Source: an uncultured Faecalibacterium sp.
Lineage (GTDB): Bacteria > Bacillota > Clostridia > Oscillospirales > Ruminococcaceae
Length of the DNA stretch: 64,000 nucleotides
NCBI GenBank assembly: GCA_963931455.1
Contig: OZ007013.1
Location: 2,955,457-3,019,456 of the forward strand
Reading direction: 5' to 3'
Shown one piece after another: positions 1 to 9,607 of the stretch; positions within the stretch are counted from its first letter, which is position 1, and each line of letters opens with the position of its first letter. Under the pieces are notes generated by a model. The model did no database searches and had not been told where the DNA came from. It was given only the letters and a program-made list of their open reading frames with translations. Position numbers and translations under genes: made by a program.

Positions 1-194
1 TGGACTGTCATCTTTTTGGTGCAGCGCATCCGCCCTGCAAATATGTTCTTTGCACAAAAAAGCTCCGGCCCTGTTGACTGCAAAACAGAGCCGGAGCATC
101 TGTGTTGGACATCATGGTCTGTTTTGGTTTTGAGCAGAATCCGGCCATGCATCGATTGTGCCTGCTGCTCAAACATGGTATAATCAAACTGACC

Positions 195-989
195 TCAATC
201 ACTGCCAGGCATGGCGCGGCTGTCCAGAACACCGGCCAGCTGCGTATAATCTACCGACAGGGTATAGGAGCTGCTCTGCCCCTCAAAGGCACCCGCCGGG
301 AAATCCACCTCCAGATGGTCCGACAGGAAAATCACGTGTTCAGGATCGATGGCGGCGGCCAGCCGCTCCTGCACCACCGGATCATCGCTGGCCGCTGCAG
401 CCAGCGTCTGGCGCACAACGGCTTCGGGCTGGGTAAAAAGGGACCAGAGCTCCAGCCGCTGCCCGCTGGCCCGGTCAAAGAAAGCACTGTAGCGCAGGGT
501 CTCCCCCTGGGCCGGGTCTGCCGCCTGGTCGACAGATGTCACAAAACAGATGATCTGCTCATTGGAGGCAGTGGAAGCAATGGTCTGGGTCACCCGGCCG
601 GGCTGAAACTGCTCCTTGCCCTGTTCCTTGCAGCGGGTATAGGCCGCCTGCAGCAGGGCAGGCAGATCGTAGCGCTTGCCGGTGCTTTGATACCATGCCG
701 AAACCGCTGCCTGCACCTCTTCGCTGAGGGCGCTGTAGCCGGCGTCCCCTTCCGGCCCGGCAAGGTCATCTTCCAGCAGGATGGAGGTGCCGTCGGACAG
801 CTCATACACCGACCAGGATTCCCGTACCCCATTCTGGTAGCCCCGCCAGCGGTCCACCGTCTCGCCGTCGGTAAAGGAAACCACGTTCTCCTGTTCCAGC
901 TCCCAGATTTCCTCCTGTACCGCTGTGCGCCGGCATCCTGCCAGCAGCATCAGCCCGCACAGGGCAAGAGGGATCAAACGTTGTTTCAT
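195..989 (-). CDS. Lipoprotein, probable DUF3298/RsiV-like C-terminal domain
   Basis: Lipobox LLAGC after a signal peptide; ATG at 989 with GGAG RBS. The track start at 1103 is probably too long. C-terminus resembles DUF3298 by eye. Confidence 0.6.
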   Translation of the reverse strand: MKQRLIPLALCGLMLLAGCRRTAVQEEIWELEQENVVSFTDGETVDRWRGYQNGVRESWSVYELSDGTSILLEDDLAGPEGDAGYSALSEEVQAAVSAWYQSTGKRYDLPALLQAAYTRCKEQGKEQFQPGRVTQTIASTASNEQIICFVTSVDQAADPAQGETLRYSAFFDRASGQRLELWSLFTQPEAVVRQTLAAAASDDPVVQERLAAAIDPEHVIFLSDHLEVDFPAGAFEGQSSSYTLSVDYTQLAGVLDSRAMPGSD

Positions 990-1185
990 AGGGAGCGCTC
1001 CTTCTGTCGTATGAGTGGCAAAAGCATGGGTTGCTCTTGCTGCGGACGGGATTATTTTACCATATCTTTCCTCTACAGACAAGTAAATTGTGTCGCAGTG
1101 CACAGAATCGTCACGTTCTCACGTCTGGAAAGGCTGGCGTTCCGGTGGTGCCGGCCCAGGATTTTTGTCAAAGGAGGCTGTTCTG

Positions 1186-2028
1186 ATGCGTCATTCTTTT
1201 TCCGCCCTTCCCCGCCCGGCCAGATGGGCCATCCGCGCAGGCCTTGTCCTGCTGGCCGCTGCGGCGGTGTTTCTGCTGATCTTTTATCTGGTGGTCCGCA
1301 GCCGGGCCGGCGCCCTGCAAAAGGGCTCTGCCTTTTCCTTTGACTACCAGGTCACCTCCACGGCGGCAGAGCCCTCTGCCGCTTATAACACTCTGAAAGC
1401 CCTGGATGGCCTCACCGGCACCCTGTCGGGCCAGAGCAGCGGCAGTGACCTGTATCTCACCTGGTACGCCGCCGGGCAGGACCAGCCCTTCACCGACATT
1501 TACGTCCAGGACGGCACCGTCCTGCTGAACATCCGGCAGATCTACCGCACCTTTTTGTCCGGCCTGTCTGCCAAGTATCCCCTGATCGGTTCCCTGATCC
1601 CCGACTGGACCCTGGGAGACTACATCACCCAGGATCAGCTGGCAGTTCTGATGGGCAGCCAGCCCGCCGTATCCGAGATGGAGAACTATTCGGTCAGCGC
1701 CTTTTCCCCCTCGGATCTGCGGCAGGTCCACCCCCAGGACGGTATCGAGGGATACCTCTATTTTACCCCCAGGCAGTCCCTGGGAGACGCGGAAGTTGTC
1801 ATCGGCTTCCCCATCCAGAGCCTCTGGACCGAGTTTTTCCGGTGCCAGATCCTGGTGGATCTGCCCGCCCAGGGCCTTCATCTGGAACTGACCGGCAAAG
1901 CCCTGCCGGGAACCTATGACATCCAGCTGCCCGACTCGGTGATGCAGGACGATGACATCAACGCCCTGTCCGAGATCATCCAGGCGGTGCGCTCCATTGC
2001 CCAGCTGGTAGGCCAGATGGTGGGATGA
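1186..2028 (+). CDS. Hypothetical membrane-anchored protein
   Basis: AAGGAGG RBS before ATG 1186; one N-terminal hydrophobic helix; host-like codon usage. Confidence 0.7.
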   Translation: MRHSFSALPRPARWAIRAGLVLLAAAAVFLLIFYLVVRSRAGALQKGSAFSFDYQVTSTAAEPSAAYNTLKALDGLTGTLSGQSSGSDLYLTWYAAGQDQPFTDIYVQDGTVLLNIRQIYRTFLSGLSAKYPLIGSLIPDWTLGDYITQDQLAVLMGSQPAVSEMENYSVSAFSPSDLRQVHPQDGIEGYLYFTPRQSLGDAEVVIGFPIQSLWTEFFRCQILVDLPAQGLHLELTGKALPGTYDIQLPDSVMQDDDINALSEIIQAVRSIAQLVGQMVG

Positions 2029-2149
2029 TCTTCTGATACAGTCAAAAGCCCTGCGGAGACGATGCAGTTCTTGAACCGAACCAGTAAAAACAGACAATAG
2101 ACAAAACGCCCCCTGTGTAGGAAAATAAACCTATACAGGGGGTGTTCGT

Positions 2150-2461
2150 ATGTCCAGACAAAAATACACACATATCCAAGTGAAAGAGGAAGAAATTCTG
2201 GCCTTGCGAGAGGCAGGAGCGACCCGGCAAGAGATCGCGAATCAATTGGGATTAAGCAAGGTGCAAATCAAGAATTGGATCAATCGATATAACCGCAAAC
2301 AGACCAAACTGGAAGCAGGAATTTTTCCAAAACCAAAAGGACGTCCAAGAAAAGGTGGTGAACCTGGAGATATAATCGCCGAGCAGGCCTATGAGATTCG
2401 GCGGTTAAAGATGGAGAATGAGTTGCTGCGGGATTTTCTGCAATCCACAGAAAGGAAGTGA
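2150..2461 (+). CDS. IS3 transposase OrfA (HTH)
   Basis: HTH-like sequence and typical C-terminus EIRRLKMENELLRDFL. Confidence 0.9.
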   Translation: MSRQKYTHIQVKEEEILALREAGATRQEIANQLGLSKVQIKNWINRYNRKQTKLEAGIFPKPKGRPRKGGEPGDIIAEQAYEIRRLKMENELLRDFLQSTERK

Positions 2462-3318
2462 GAGCCAGGGCAAAATATGCTGTCATTTACCGTCACAGGG
2501 AAGAGTATTCTGTACTTGTCATGTGCAGATTCTTTTCGGTGTCCAGAAGCGGCTATTACAGCTTTGTAAAGAATTTGAACCGGCCCGAGAAAGACGCCGC
2601 ATTGGCAGAGAAAATCCGAAATCAGCAGGACAAATGTTTTTATACCTATGGCTACCGCAGAATGTGGCAGTGGCTGAAAAACAGTGAAGCAATCTGCCAT
2701 AACCCTAAAACGATCCTGCGTGTTATGAAAAAATACGGCTTGCTGTCTGAAATTCGCCGCCGCAGACGCTGGCAGCAGATAGGCCAGCAGCTGCACAGAT
2801 ACCAGAATCTTCTCAACCGGAACTTTCAGGCCGAAGCACCAAACCGCAAATGGGTGACCGATATTTCCTATATCCAGACCAAACAAGGTGTGCTGTATCT
2901 GTCCATGATCCGGGATCTGTATGACAACAGCATTGTAGCTTACAAGACTGCAGCCCAGCAAACAGTGAACCTGGTGCTGGATACCATCCGCCAGGCAGTA
3001 CGCAGAGAAAAGAAGAAGGTCGCCGCGGAGTTACAGCTCCACAGCGACCAGGGTTTTCAGTATACTTCCCAAGCGTACTTCAACCTGACTAAAGAATACG
3101 GCATTACACCTTCGATGTCAAGACGCGGGAATCCGTATGACAACGCAATGGCAGAAAATTTCTTCTCTATTCTCAAAACGGAGTGCATCTACCGCCACAA
3201 ACCTGCCACATTCTCCGAAGCCAACGAGATGATTGACCGCTATATCCAGTTTTATAACCACGAGCGAATTCAAACCAAAACAGGAGTGGCGCCGCTGACG
3301 CTGCGCCACTCCTGCTAA
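2458..3318 (+). CDS. IS3 transposase OrfB (DDE integrase core)
   Basis: Motifs WVTDISY, LHSDQGFQY, SRRGNPYDNA, E..FS.LK; GTGA overlap with orfA. Confidence 0.95.
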   Translation: MRARAKYAVIYRHREEYSVLVMCRFFSVSRSGYYSFVKNLNRPEKDAALAEKIRNQQDKCFYTYGYRRMWQWLKNSEAICHNPKTILRVMKKYGLLSEIRRRRRWQQIGQQLHRYQNLLNRNFQAEAPNRKWVTDISYIQTKQGVLYLSMIRDLYDNSIVAYKTAAQQTVNLVLDTIRQAVRREKKKVAAELQLHSDQGFQYTSQAYFNLTKEYGITPSMSRRGNPYDNAMAENFFSILKTECIYRHKPATFSEANEMIDRYIQFYNHERIQTKTGVAPLTLRHSC

Positions 3319-3419
3319 ATCCTATTACCCTACACTTGGGGCTTTTTTGTACTGTCCGCACAATCTGGACCGGTTCATCTCCGCAGGGCTTTTTTGTAAT
3401 CGGACGAAATGAAGCGGGC

Positions 3420-5528
3420 TCAGGACTTTTTGACTGCCACCAGAACCCGGATTTTGCTGCCGGCGGCGCAGCCCAGGTTGTCATACCAGCCGATCAGGTG
3501 GTAGTCCTGGGGGTTGACCTGGGAAAGGCTGGTGGCAAAATACTGGCCTTTGTACCACAGATAAACCTGCATGTGGTCGGCGGTCTCATAGCGGTTTTCC
3601 CCGCTCATCACCGAGGCTGCCCCCACCCGGTCAATCTTCACCGGCATCAGCTGGATCATGGATTTGACGGTGCCCGAGGGGCTTTTGCTGACCGCAATGC
3701 CCCCCGCCACCACCGGGTATTTGACTGCGGTCTGCAGGGTGGTGTTCTGGCCGTCGATCAGGCAGACGTAATTTGCACCGCTGCCCAGGTATCCCAGAAT
3801 ATTGCTCAAAATGCCGCTGGTGTTTTTGGAGGCCAGCTGGAGGGTATAGGCGGCCACCCGCCCGGTGCTGCTGGTCAGACTGTCCCACAGGGTGCTGGCA
3901 ATGCTGCCGTCGATGATGCCGTACAGGATATCGCTGGTGCTGGGCAGCACCAGATCCGCCACGTCTGCCGCCACATTGCCGGTGGCTGTGATGCCGGCGG
4001 CGCCTGCTGCCAGGGCGCTGGGGCGGCCCGCCGCCTGATCCACCGTTTTGCCCACTGTGTCGGCCAGGTTGCGGACATCGTCCAGCACACCATAGGTCCA
4101 CAGGTCGCCGGTGGCGTTGTTCAGGATCATCCGGTCAATCCGGCCCTGGGCATCGGTGGTATAGTACCGGACATCACTGTCCTGCAAAGTTACCCCCGAC
4201 AATCGGCTGGGGCTTATCGCCCCAGCCACGCCCTCCGCCGTTGTATCCAGAATTTCGGCGTTCTCCGCCAGGGGCATGCCGGACAGGGCGGTGCCGCTTT
4301 CATTGAAGGTGCCGCTGAGGTGTTTGGCGTCCATGGTCCGCACCGCTTCCCCGTTTTGATCCACCGTGATTTCCACCAGGGTGCCTGCGGGGAAATTCAG
4401 GCTTTTGTCCACGCTGACCGTCCGCACCCTGCCGTCGGTGCAGACAACGGCCACACTCTGGCGGACATCGGCGCCGTTGTCCTCCACCAGGTTCCGGGAG
4501 GCCGTCTGCACCACACCGTAAAAGACCTCATCGGCCTGGGCACCCGTCAGCACCTGCACCACCTGGTTGTCCATGCCCAGCAGAAGGGTTACCACCTGGC
4601 CCACGCCTCCGCCGTTGAGGGAGGAGAGGACCGAGGCCGCCGAGGGGGTACCGATGGCATATTCGGTGCCCGCCACCGTCACCGAGCTGGGGGCGCTGGC
4701 CGAGGGGGCCACCGCCGTGATCCGGCCTGCAGCTTTGCGGTTATAGATCCAGAGGGTCTGGGCGTTGGGGCTGTAATAGTAGACATCATAGGGGGCCAGC
4801 TCTGCCGAGTCAGAGGCGGCATCATTCCGGTAGATCACCACCGGAGCAAAGGGAAGCTGGGTGTTCTCCCCTGCCACGAAGGGCCCTTCCAGGCTGCCCA
4901 GCAGAACCGAGGGCACCGACACCTGGCCATCGGTGACAGAAAAGCCCAGGGTGGATGCGTAGACTTCGCCGCTGCCGGTTTTGGCGGTGAGGGCATTGTA
5001 GAGCAGCACTGCCCCATCCTCCAGATTCATCCCCTGGCCGGGGGTGCAGTTCAGACGGGCACGGAGCCCCAGCTCGCTGGCTTTGTTGAGCTGGGCGGTG
5101 GGAAAGGTCCCGCTGAGGGTGGTGACATCGTACCCCAGCAGGTTGAGTACTGCAGCACAGGCCTCCTCCAGGGTCACCGGATTGCCGGGGCGGAAGGTGC
5201 CGTCGGTGTAACCGCTCATCCAGCCGCGCTGGACCGCAATCCGAATCCAGGGGGCCAGCGGGTCGCTGCCGCTCACATCCTGGAACAGTTTGCCGGCAGA
5301 GCCCTGGGCGCCGGCGCTCTCCCGCTCGGGCGAGAAGGCCACCAGCATCCGGGCCAGCTGGCCCCGGGTCAAAGGATCGGCGAGGCTGCCGGCCTGGCCG
5401 GCCGTCATGCCCCCCAGCACCACCGCTGTCTGGACAGCCGTGCTGGGGCTGGCGGCTGATGCCGGCACAAACAGCATCGAGCAGGCCAGGCAGACGGCCA
5501 GCAGCGATGCGAAAAAGCATTTCATCAT
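3420..5528 (-). CDS. S-layer homology (SLH) domain secreted protein
   Basis: Signal peptide; SLH motif F.DV...GWMSGYTDGTFRPGNPVT.EE; GAGGAGG RBS. Confidence 0.85.
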   Translation of the reverse strand: MMKCFFASLLAVCLACSMLFVPASAASPSTAVQTAVVLGGMTAGQAGSLADPLTRGQLARMLVAFSPERESAGAQGSAGKLFQDVSGSDPLAPWIRIAVQRGWMSGYTDGTFRPGNPVTLEEACAAVLNLLGYDVTTLSGTFPTAQLNKASELGLRARLNCTPGQGMNLEDGAVLLYNALTAKTGSGEVYASTLGFSVTDGQVSVPSVLLGSLEGPFVAGENTQLPFAPVVIYRNDAASDSAELAPYDVYYYSPNAQTLWIYNRKAAGRITAVAPSASAPSSVTVAGTEYAIGTPSAASVLSSLNGGGVGQVVTLLLGMDNQVVQVLTGAQADEVFYGVVQTASRNLVEDNGADVRQSVAVVCTDGRVRTVSVDKSLNFPAGTLVEITVDQNGEAVRTMDAKHLSGTFNESGTALSGMPLAENAEILDTTAEGVAGAISPSRLSGVTLQDSDVRYYTTDAQGRIDRMILNNATGDLWTYGVLDDVRNLADTVGKTVDQAAGRPSALAAGAAGITATGNVAADVADLVLPSTSDILYGIIDGSIASTLWDSLTSSTGRVAAYTLQLASKNTSGILSNILGYLGSGANYVCLIDGQNTTLQTAVKYPVVAGGIAVSKSPSGTVKSMIQLMPVKIDRVGAASVMSGENRYETADHMQVYLWYKGQYFATSLSQVNPQDYHLIGWYDNLGCAAGSKIRVLVAVKKS

Positions 5529-5546
5529 GGATCATCCTCCTCTTTA

Positions 5547-5731
5547 GAGCAATCCCAGAAAATACTGCAAATGCCGGACCCAAGTGAGATAAGTTCCTCA
5601 AGTTTCAGGTTTGGAAAAGCCCGTGTCTTTTCATCTGAATGCCCACCCTCCCTTTATAGGAAGCTGGGGCTTCGCCCCAGACCCCATTCTGGTTGTATGG
5701 ATAGGCTTCACGCTATTTCATAGGATTGCTC
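5547..5731. mobile_element. 185-bp MITE-like insertion
   Basis: TIR GAGCAATCC/GGATTGCTC flanked by a TA duplication; excision restores stop codon TAA directly followed by the downstream RBS. Confidence 0.65.
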
Positions 5732-6924
5732 TAATCATAGCGCAAAGCCTCGATGGGATTGAGGCGGGCGGCACGCTTGGCCGGCAGATAACCGAACAAA
5801 ACGCCAATGCCCACCGAAATCCCGAAGGCCACCATCACCGAGCCCAAAGATGGCTGGATGGTCATGCCTGCTTTGGTTGCAATCATAATCTGGCTGACGC
5901 CTGCCGAGATCAGATACCCCAGCAGAATGCCGATCAGCCCGCCCAGGGCCGAGGTGGTGGCGGCCTCTGTGACAAACAGGGCCAGAATTGACCGTTCCTT
6001 GGCCCCCAGGGCTTTCCGGATGCCGATTTCACGGGTGCGCTCAGCCACCGACACCATCATGATGTTCATGATGCCGATGCCGCCCACCACCAGCGAGATG
6101 GCTGCGATGGCCGTCAGGACCATCACCACCATGTTGATCATCGACCCCAGGGTGGCCAGCATTTCGCTGAGGCTGGTAACGTAAAAGCCTTCGTCGGAAT
6201 TCAGCAGCTTTTTCAGCCCGGCCTCCAGCACAGCCTTGCCCTCGGACACCTGCTCTTCGCTGACGGTGGTAACTCCATAGGAGCCAACCACACTGCTGCG
6301 GTTCAGGCGGAGGGCGGTGGTATAGGGCAGATAAATAAAGTCATCGGCGCTGCCCTGCTGCAGGCTGGGGTCCTTGACCTCGGCCTTCAGCACCCCCACG
6401 ATGGTAAACTGGTCGGCGCCCACCTTGATGGTCTGGCCCAGGGCGTTGCCGCCGTAAGCCACCCGGTTCACATAGTCCCCCACCACACATACCTTTTTAT
6501 AGTTGGTGCAGTCCACATACTGGAGCAGCCGCCCCTGGGCGATGGATGCGCCGCTCATGCCGAAATAGGCCTCGCTGACCCCCGAAATACTGGTTCGCTT
6601 GTAGGTTTTGGTGCCTACCTTGACCGAACCGGTCATAGTGACAATGGGGGAAAGGCCCGAAAACAGGTCCGGGCGGCTCTCCACCATCTGATAAAAGTCA
6701 TCCACATCCACGGTGCGGGTGCCATAGCCCAGGATGTTGACCTGCAGCAGGTTCATTCCCAGGGAGGAAACGCTCTCCTTCATGCTGAGGGTCAGGCCGT
6801 TGCCCAGGCCCACAATCACCATCACCGCCATGACGCCGATGATGATGCCCAGCATGGTCAGGAAGGTGCGGAACTTGTTGCTCCAGATGTTTTTCAGGGC
6901 CTGACGGAAGGTTTCGTACATCAT
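5731..6924 (-). CDS. ABC transporter permease, MacB/FtsX family
   Basis: Motifs RTFLTMLGIIIGV, GGIGIMNIMMVSVAERTREIGIRKALGA, PAKRAARLNPIEALRYD. Confidence 0.95.
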   Translation of the reverse strand: MMYETFRQALKNIWSNKFRTFLTMLGIIIGVMAVMVIVGLGNGLTLSMKESVSSLGMNLLQVNILGYGTRTVDVDDFYQMVESRPDLFSGLSPIVTMTGSVKVGTKTYKRTSISGVSEAYFGMSGASIAQGRLLQYVDCTNYKKVCVVGDYVNRVAYGGNALGQTIKVGADQFTIVGVLKAEVKDPSLQQGSADDFIYLPYTTALRLNRSSVVGSYGVTTVSEEQVSEGKAVLEAGLKKLLNSDEGFYVTSLSEMLATLGSMINMVVMVLTAIAAISLVVGGIGIMNIMMVSVAERTREIGIRKALGAKERSILALFVTEAATTSALGGLIGILLGYLISAGVSQIMIATKAGMTIQPSLGSVMVAFGISVGIGVLFGYLPAKRAARLNPIEALRYD

Positions 6925-7676
6925 AAAGCTTCCTCCTGTCCGGCGTTTTCTTCTTCCGGGGTGTAGCTGGGCTGGACCACCGCCTCCGGCGCGTGGGCGT
7001 CCCCGTCGTAGACAATCCTGCCGTCTTCCAGACGGATGATCCGGTCTGCCTGCACGGCGATGGAGTTGTCGTGGGTAATCAGAACCACCGTGTTCCCCTG
7101 TTTGTGGAGCTTCTGCAGGATGCCCAGCACTTCCCGGCCGGTGTGGCTGTCCAGGGCGCCGGTGGGCTCATCCGCCAGAATCACCGCAGGCCGGCCCGCC
7201 AGAGCCCGGGCAATGGACACCCGCTGCTGCTGGCCGCCGGACAGCTGGCTGGGCTTGTTGTCCAGCTTGCTGCCCAGCCCCACCTGTTCCAGGGCAGTCT
7301 TGGCCCGCTGGTACTGTTTGCTGCGGGGCAGCCCCGCATAAATCAGAGGGAGTTCCACGTTTTCCAGCAAAGTCAGTTTGGGAAGAAGGTTGTACTGCTG
7401 GAAGATGAAACCCAGCAGCTCATTGCGGATTTCGGCCAGCTTGTCTTTGTCCATCCGGCCCACGTCCTGGCCATTCAGCCGGTAGGTGCCGGAAGTGGGG
7501 ACATCCAGGCAGCCGATGATGTTCATGCAGGTGGATTTGCCCGAGCCGGACTGGCCCACAATGGCCACAAACTCCCCTTTCTGGATGGACATCGAAATGT
7601 GATCCGCCGCCTTCACCAGAGTGTCCCCCATCTGGTAATACTTGCAGACATTGTCGAACTCAATCAGCGCGCTCAT
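6921..7676 (-). CDS. ABC transporter ATP-binding protein, MacB/LolD type
   Basis: Walker A GQSGSGKS, signature LSGGQQQR, Walker B ILADEPT. Confidence 0.95.
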   Translation of the reverse strand: MSALIEFDNVCKYYQMGDTLVKAADHISMSIQKGEFVAIVGQSGSGKSTCMNIIGCLDVPTSGTYRLNGQDVGRMDKDKLAEIRNELLGFIFQQYNLLPKLTLLENVELPLIYAGLPRSKQYQRAKTALEQVGLGSKLDNKPSQLSGGQQQRVSIARALAGRPAVILADEPTGALDSHTGREVLGILQKLHKQGNTVVLITHDNSIAVQADRIIRLEDGRIVYDGDAHAPEAVVQPSYTPEEENAGQEEAL

Positions 7677-9334
7677 AGCAGTTCACCCTCTGCCGGCTGG
7701 GCGGTGCTGTCGGCAGCCGCCGAGACGTTGTCTGCATCATAGGCCACCGTATCCCCTTCCACAAGGCCGCTGGTGACTGCAATGTAGTCGTTGTCGCTGA
7801 CACCGGTCTCCACCTTGACATACACATAGCCCTCGGGGGCCATCATATCCTTCACGGCGTGGGATGCACTGGGGGAATCCTCTGTCACCAGCACATAGCT
7901 GCCCCGGATCACGGCGGCATTGGGGATGGACAGGGCATCCTTGACCTGGGCCGTCACGATTTCGGCGGTGGCATTCATGCCAGGCAGCAGCTCGCCGTAA
8001 TGTTCAATCCGGATGGTCACCGGGTAAGTGGTGGTTCCGCCGGTGGTGGAGCCCGCCGAGGACACATTGGTCACCACGCCCTCAAACTTCTTGTTCTGGA
8101 CCGCGTCTGCGGTGATGGACACCTTTTGCCCCTCCTGAATGGAAAGGATCTGGAGCTCATCCACGTGGAGGGTCAGTTCCAGATAGCTCAAATCGTGGAT
8201 GATGCACATGGGGCTGGCGGCGGCGGTGCTGTCGCTGCCCACCGTCTCCCCGGCCTGGATGTTCTTCTGGATGATGGTGCCGCTGATGGGGGCTGTGATG
8301 GTGTAGTTGCTCATGGCGTTCTGGGCGTCTTCCAGAGAGAGTTCAGCGCTGCGGAGGTTGTCCGCGGCGGTCTCTGTCTGGCGTGTCAGGCTTTCACTGG
8401 AAAGCTGGACCACCGCTGCCCCGCCCTCCACCCGGGCATTCTCCCGGACGCAGAGGGCCGACACTGTGCCGGAAGCGGCTGCAGTGAGGGTCTGTTCCTT
8501 CTGATAGGCAAACCGGGCCGAACCAAGAGCACCCACCCCGTTCACCGATGCGGTGGCCGCCTGGGCGGAGGTGAGGCTGCCGTTGTTGGGGACGGCAATC
8601 ACCACCGACCGCACCAGCAGATTGCCGCTGCTGAGGGTGTCGGTGCCTGACACCGAGCGGACGGTACCGCTGAGGGTTTCATAAGTGCCGTCCAGGGTAA
8701 CCTGGGCCGTCTGGCCTGCGCTGAAGCCGGCGGCATCCGCTGCCGGGAACTGCAGCGTCAGCAGGACGGTGGCATCATCCCGAATCACCGCCACCTCCTG
8801 GCCTGCGGCCACGGCATCGCCGGGGGCCACCCTGATGGACACCACCGTGCCCCCGATGTCGGTGCGGACATACTGGGCATTCACTGCGTCCTCATAGCTG
8901 CGCTGGGCCTGGTTCAAAGCCAGCTGGGCCCGCTCCACCCCATTGGCTGCATCGGCGCTGTCAATGGTATAGAGCACATCCCCGGCCTTGACCACATCCC
9001 CTTCTTCAAAATTCGATGAGAGGATCTTCCCCCGCACCAGCGCCTTGACCTCATAGGTATTGGCCGCCGTAATGGTGCCGGAATCGCTGAACACATTGGT
9101 GATGCTGCGCTTTTCGGGCGATGCCTCCAGATAGGAGACGCTGGCAGCCGGCTTGCCGGCCTGCATCCGGGACAGGGCGAAGGCGCCCACTGCAGCGGCG
9201 ACGCACACCACAGCGATGATCTTTTTTCCGTTTTTCTTGAAGAATGCTTTTTTGTCTGCTGTCGAGGCAGTTTCTGCTCCCGGCAGGGTCCGGCTGTTTT
9301 CTGCCGTCTCCTGCAATGGTTTCTTTTTAAACAA
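7673..9334 (-). CDS. Efflux periplasmic adaptor subunit (MacA/HlyD/YknX type)
   Basis: N-terminal TM helix, lipoyl-like halves, motif TITAPISGTI, coiled coil; likely TTG start at 9334 after GGAGG. Confidence 0.9.
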   Translation of the reverse strand: MFKKKPLQETAENSRTLPGAETASTADKKAFFKKNGKKIIAVVCVAAAVGAFALSRMQAGKPAASVSYLEASPEKRSITNVFSDSGTITAANTYEVKALVRGKILSSNFEEGDVVKAGDVLYTIDSADAANGVERAQLALNQAQRSYEDAVNAQYVRTDIGGTVVSIRVAPGDAVAAGQEVAVIRDDATVLLTLQFPAADAAGFSAGQTAQVTLDGTYETLSGTVRSVSGTDTLSSGNLLVRSVVIAVPNNGSLTSAQAATASVNGVGALGSARFAYQKEQTLTAAASGTVSALCVRENARVEGGAAVVQLSSESLTRQTETAADNLRSAELSLEDAQNAMSNYTITAPISGTIIQKNIQAGETVGSDSTAAASPMCIIHDLSYLELTLHVDELQILSIQEGQKVSITADAVQNKKFEGVVTNVSSAGSTTGGTTTYPVTIRIEHYGELLPGMNATAEIVTAQVKDALSIPNAAVIRGSYVLVTEDSPSASHAVKDMMAPEGYVYVKVETGVSDNDYIAVTSGLVEGDTVAYDADNVSAAADSTAQPAEGELL

Positions 9335-9380
9335 GGTGTGATTCCTCCTTTTGATGATGTCCACAGCATAACACGCCAAT

Positions 9381-9418
9381 CTTGAGCTTTTCTTGATTTG
9401 GCCTTGTGTTTTCCTTGA
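9381..9418 (-). promoter_or_regulatory. Four (T/A)CAAG direct repeats at 11-bp period; OmpR/PhoB-type operator candidate
   Basis: CTTG(A/T) at 9381, 9392, 9403 and 9414, upstream of an extended -10 TGtTATGCT (9365-9373). Confidence 0.6.
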
Positions 9419-9607
9419 GTTTTGGAAATGCCTGCCTTGGCAAATGCTGACAGTTTGCTGACGATACCATCAAAACGAAGCTCCGTCCCCTTTGGACTCC
9501 GCTTGCGGGCGATTATCACAATTCTTTTACTTTTCGAGCGAAAGGCAGCAAAAAGGCCGGCACCCTTTCCCATGAGAAAGGATGCCGGCCGGGATGTATC
9601 TTTGGGG

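Larger units (their letters stand above)
2072..3377 (+). mobile_element. IS3-family insertion sequence (copy 1)
   Basis: Imperfect 28-bp TIRs TGAACCGAACCAG.../...CTGGACCGGTTCA; 3-bp target duplication TCT (2069-2071 and 3378-3380); orfA plus orfB. Confidence 0.95.
2045..3395. terminator. Bidirectional terminator split by the IS3 element
   Basis: AAAAGCCCTGCGGAGA left of the IS and TCTCCGCAGGGCTTTT right of it are perfect complements, lying between convergent genes. Confidence 0.8.

Noticed and set aside
9470-9520. CGAAGCTCCGTCC...CCGCTTGCGG segment resembling a dispersed repeat
   Set aside because: Single degenerate copy with no definable ends in this window.
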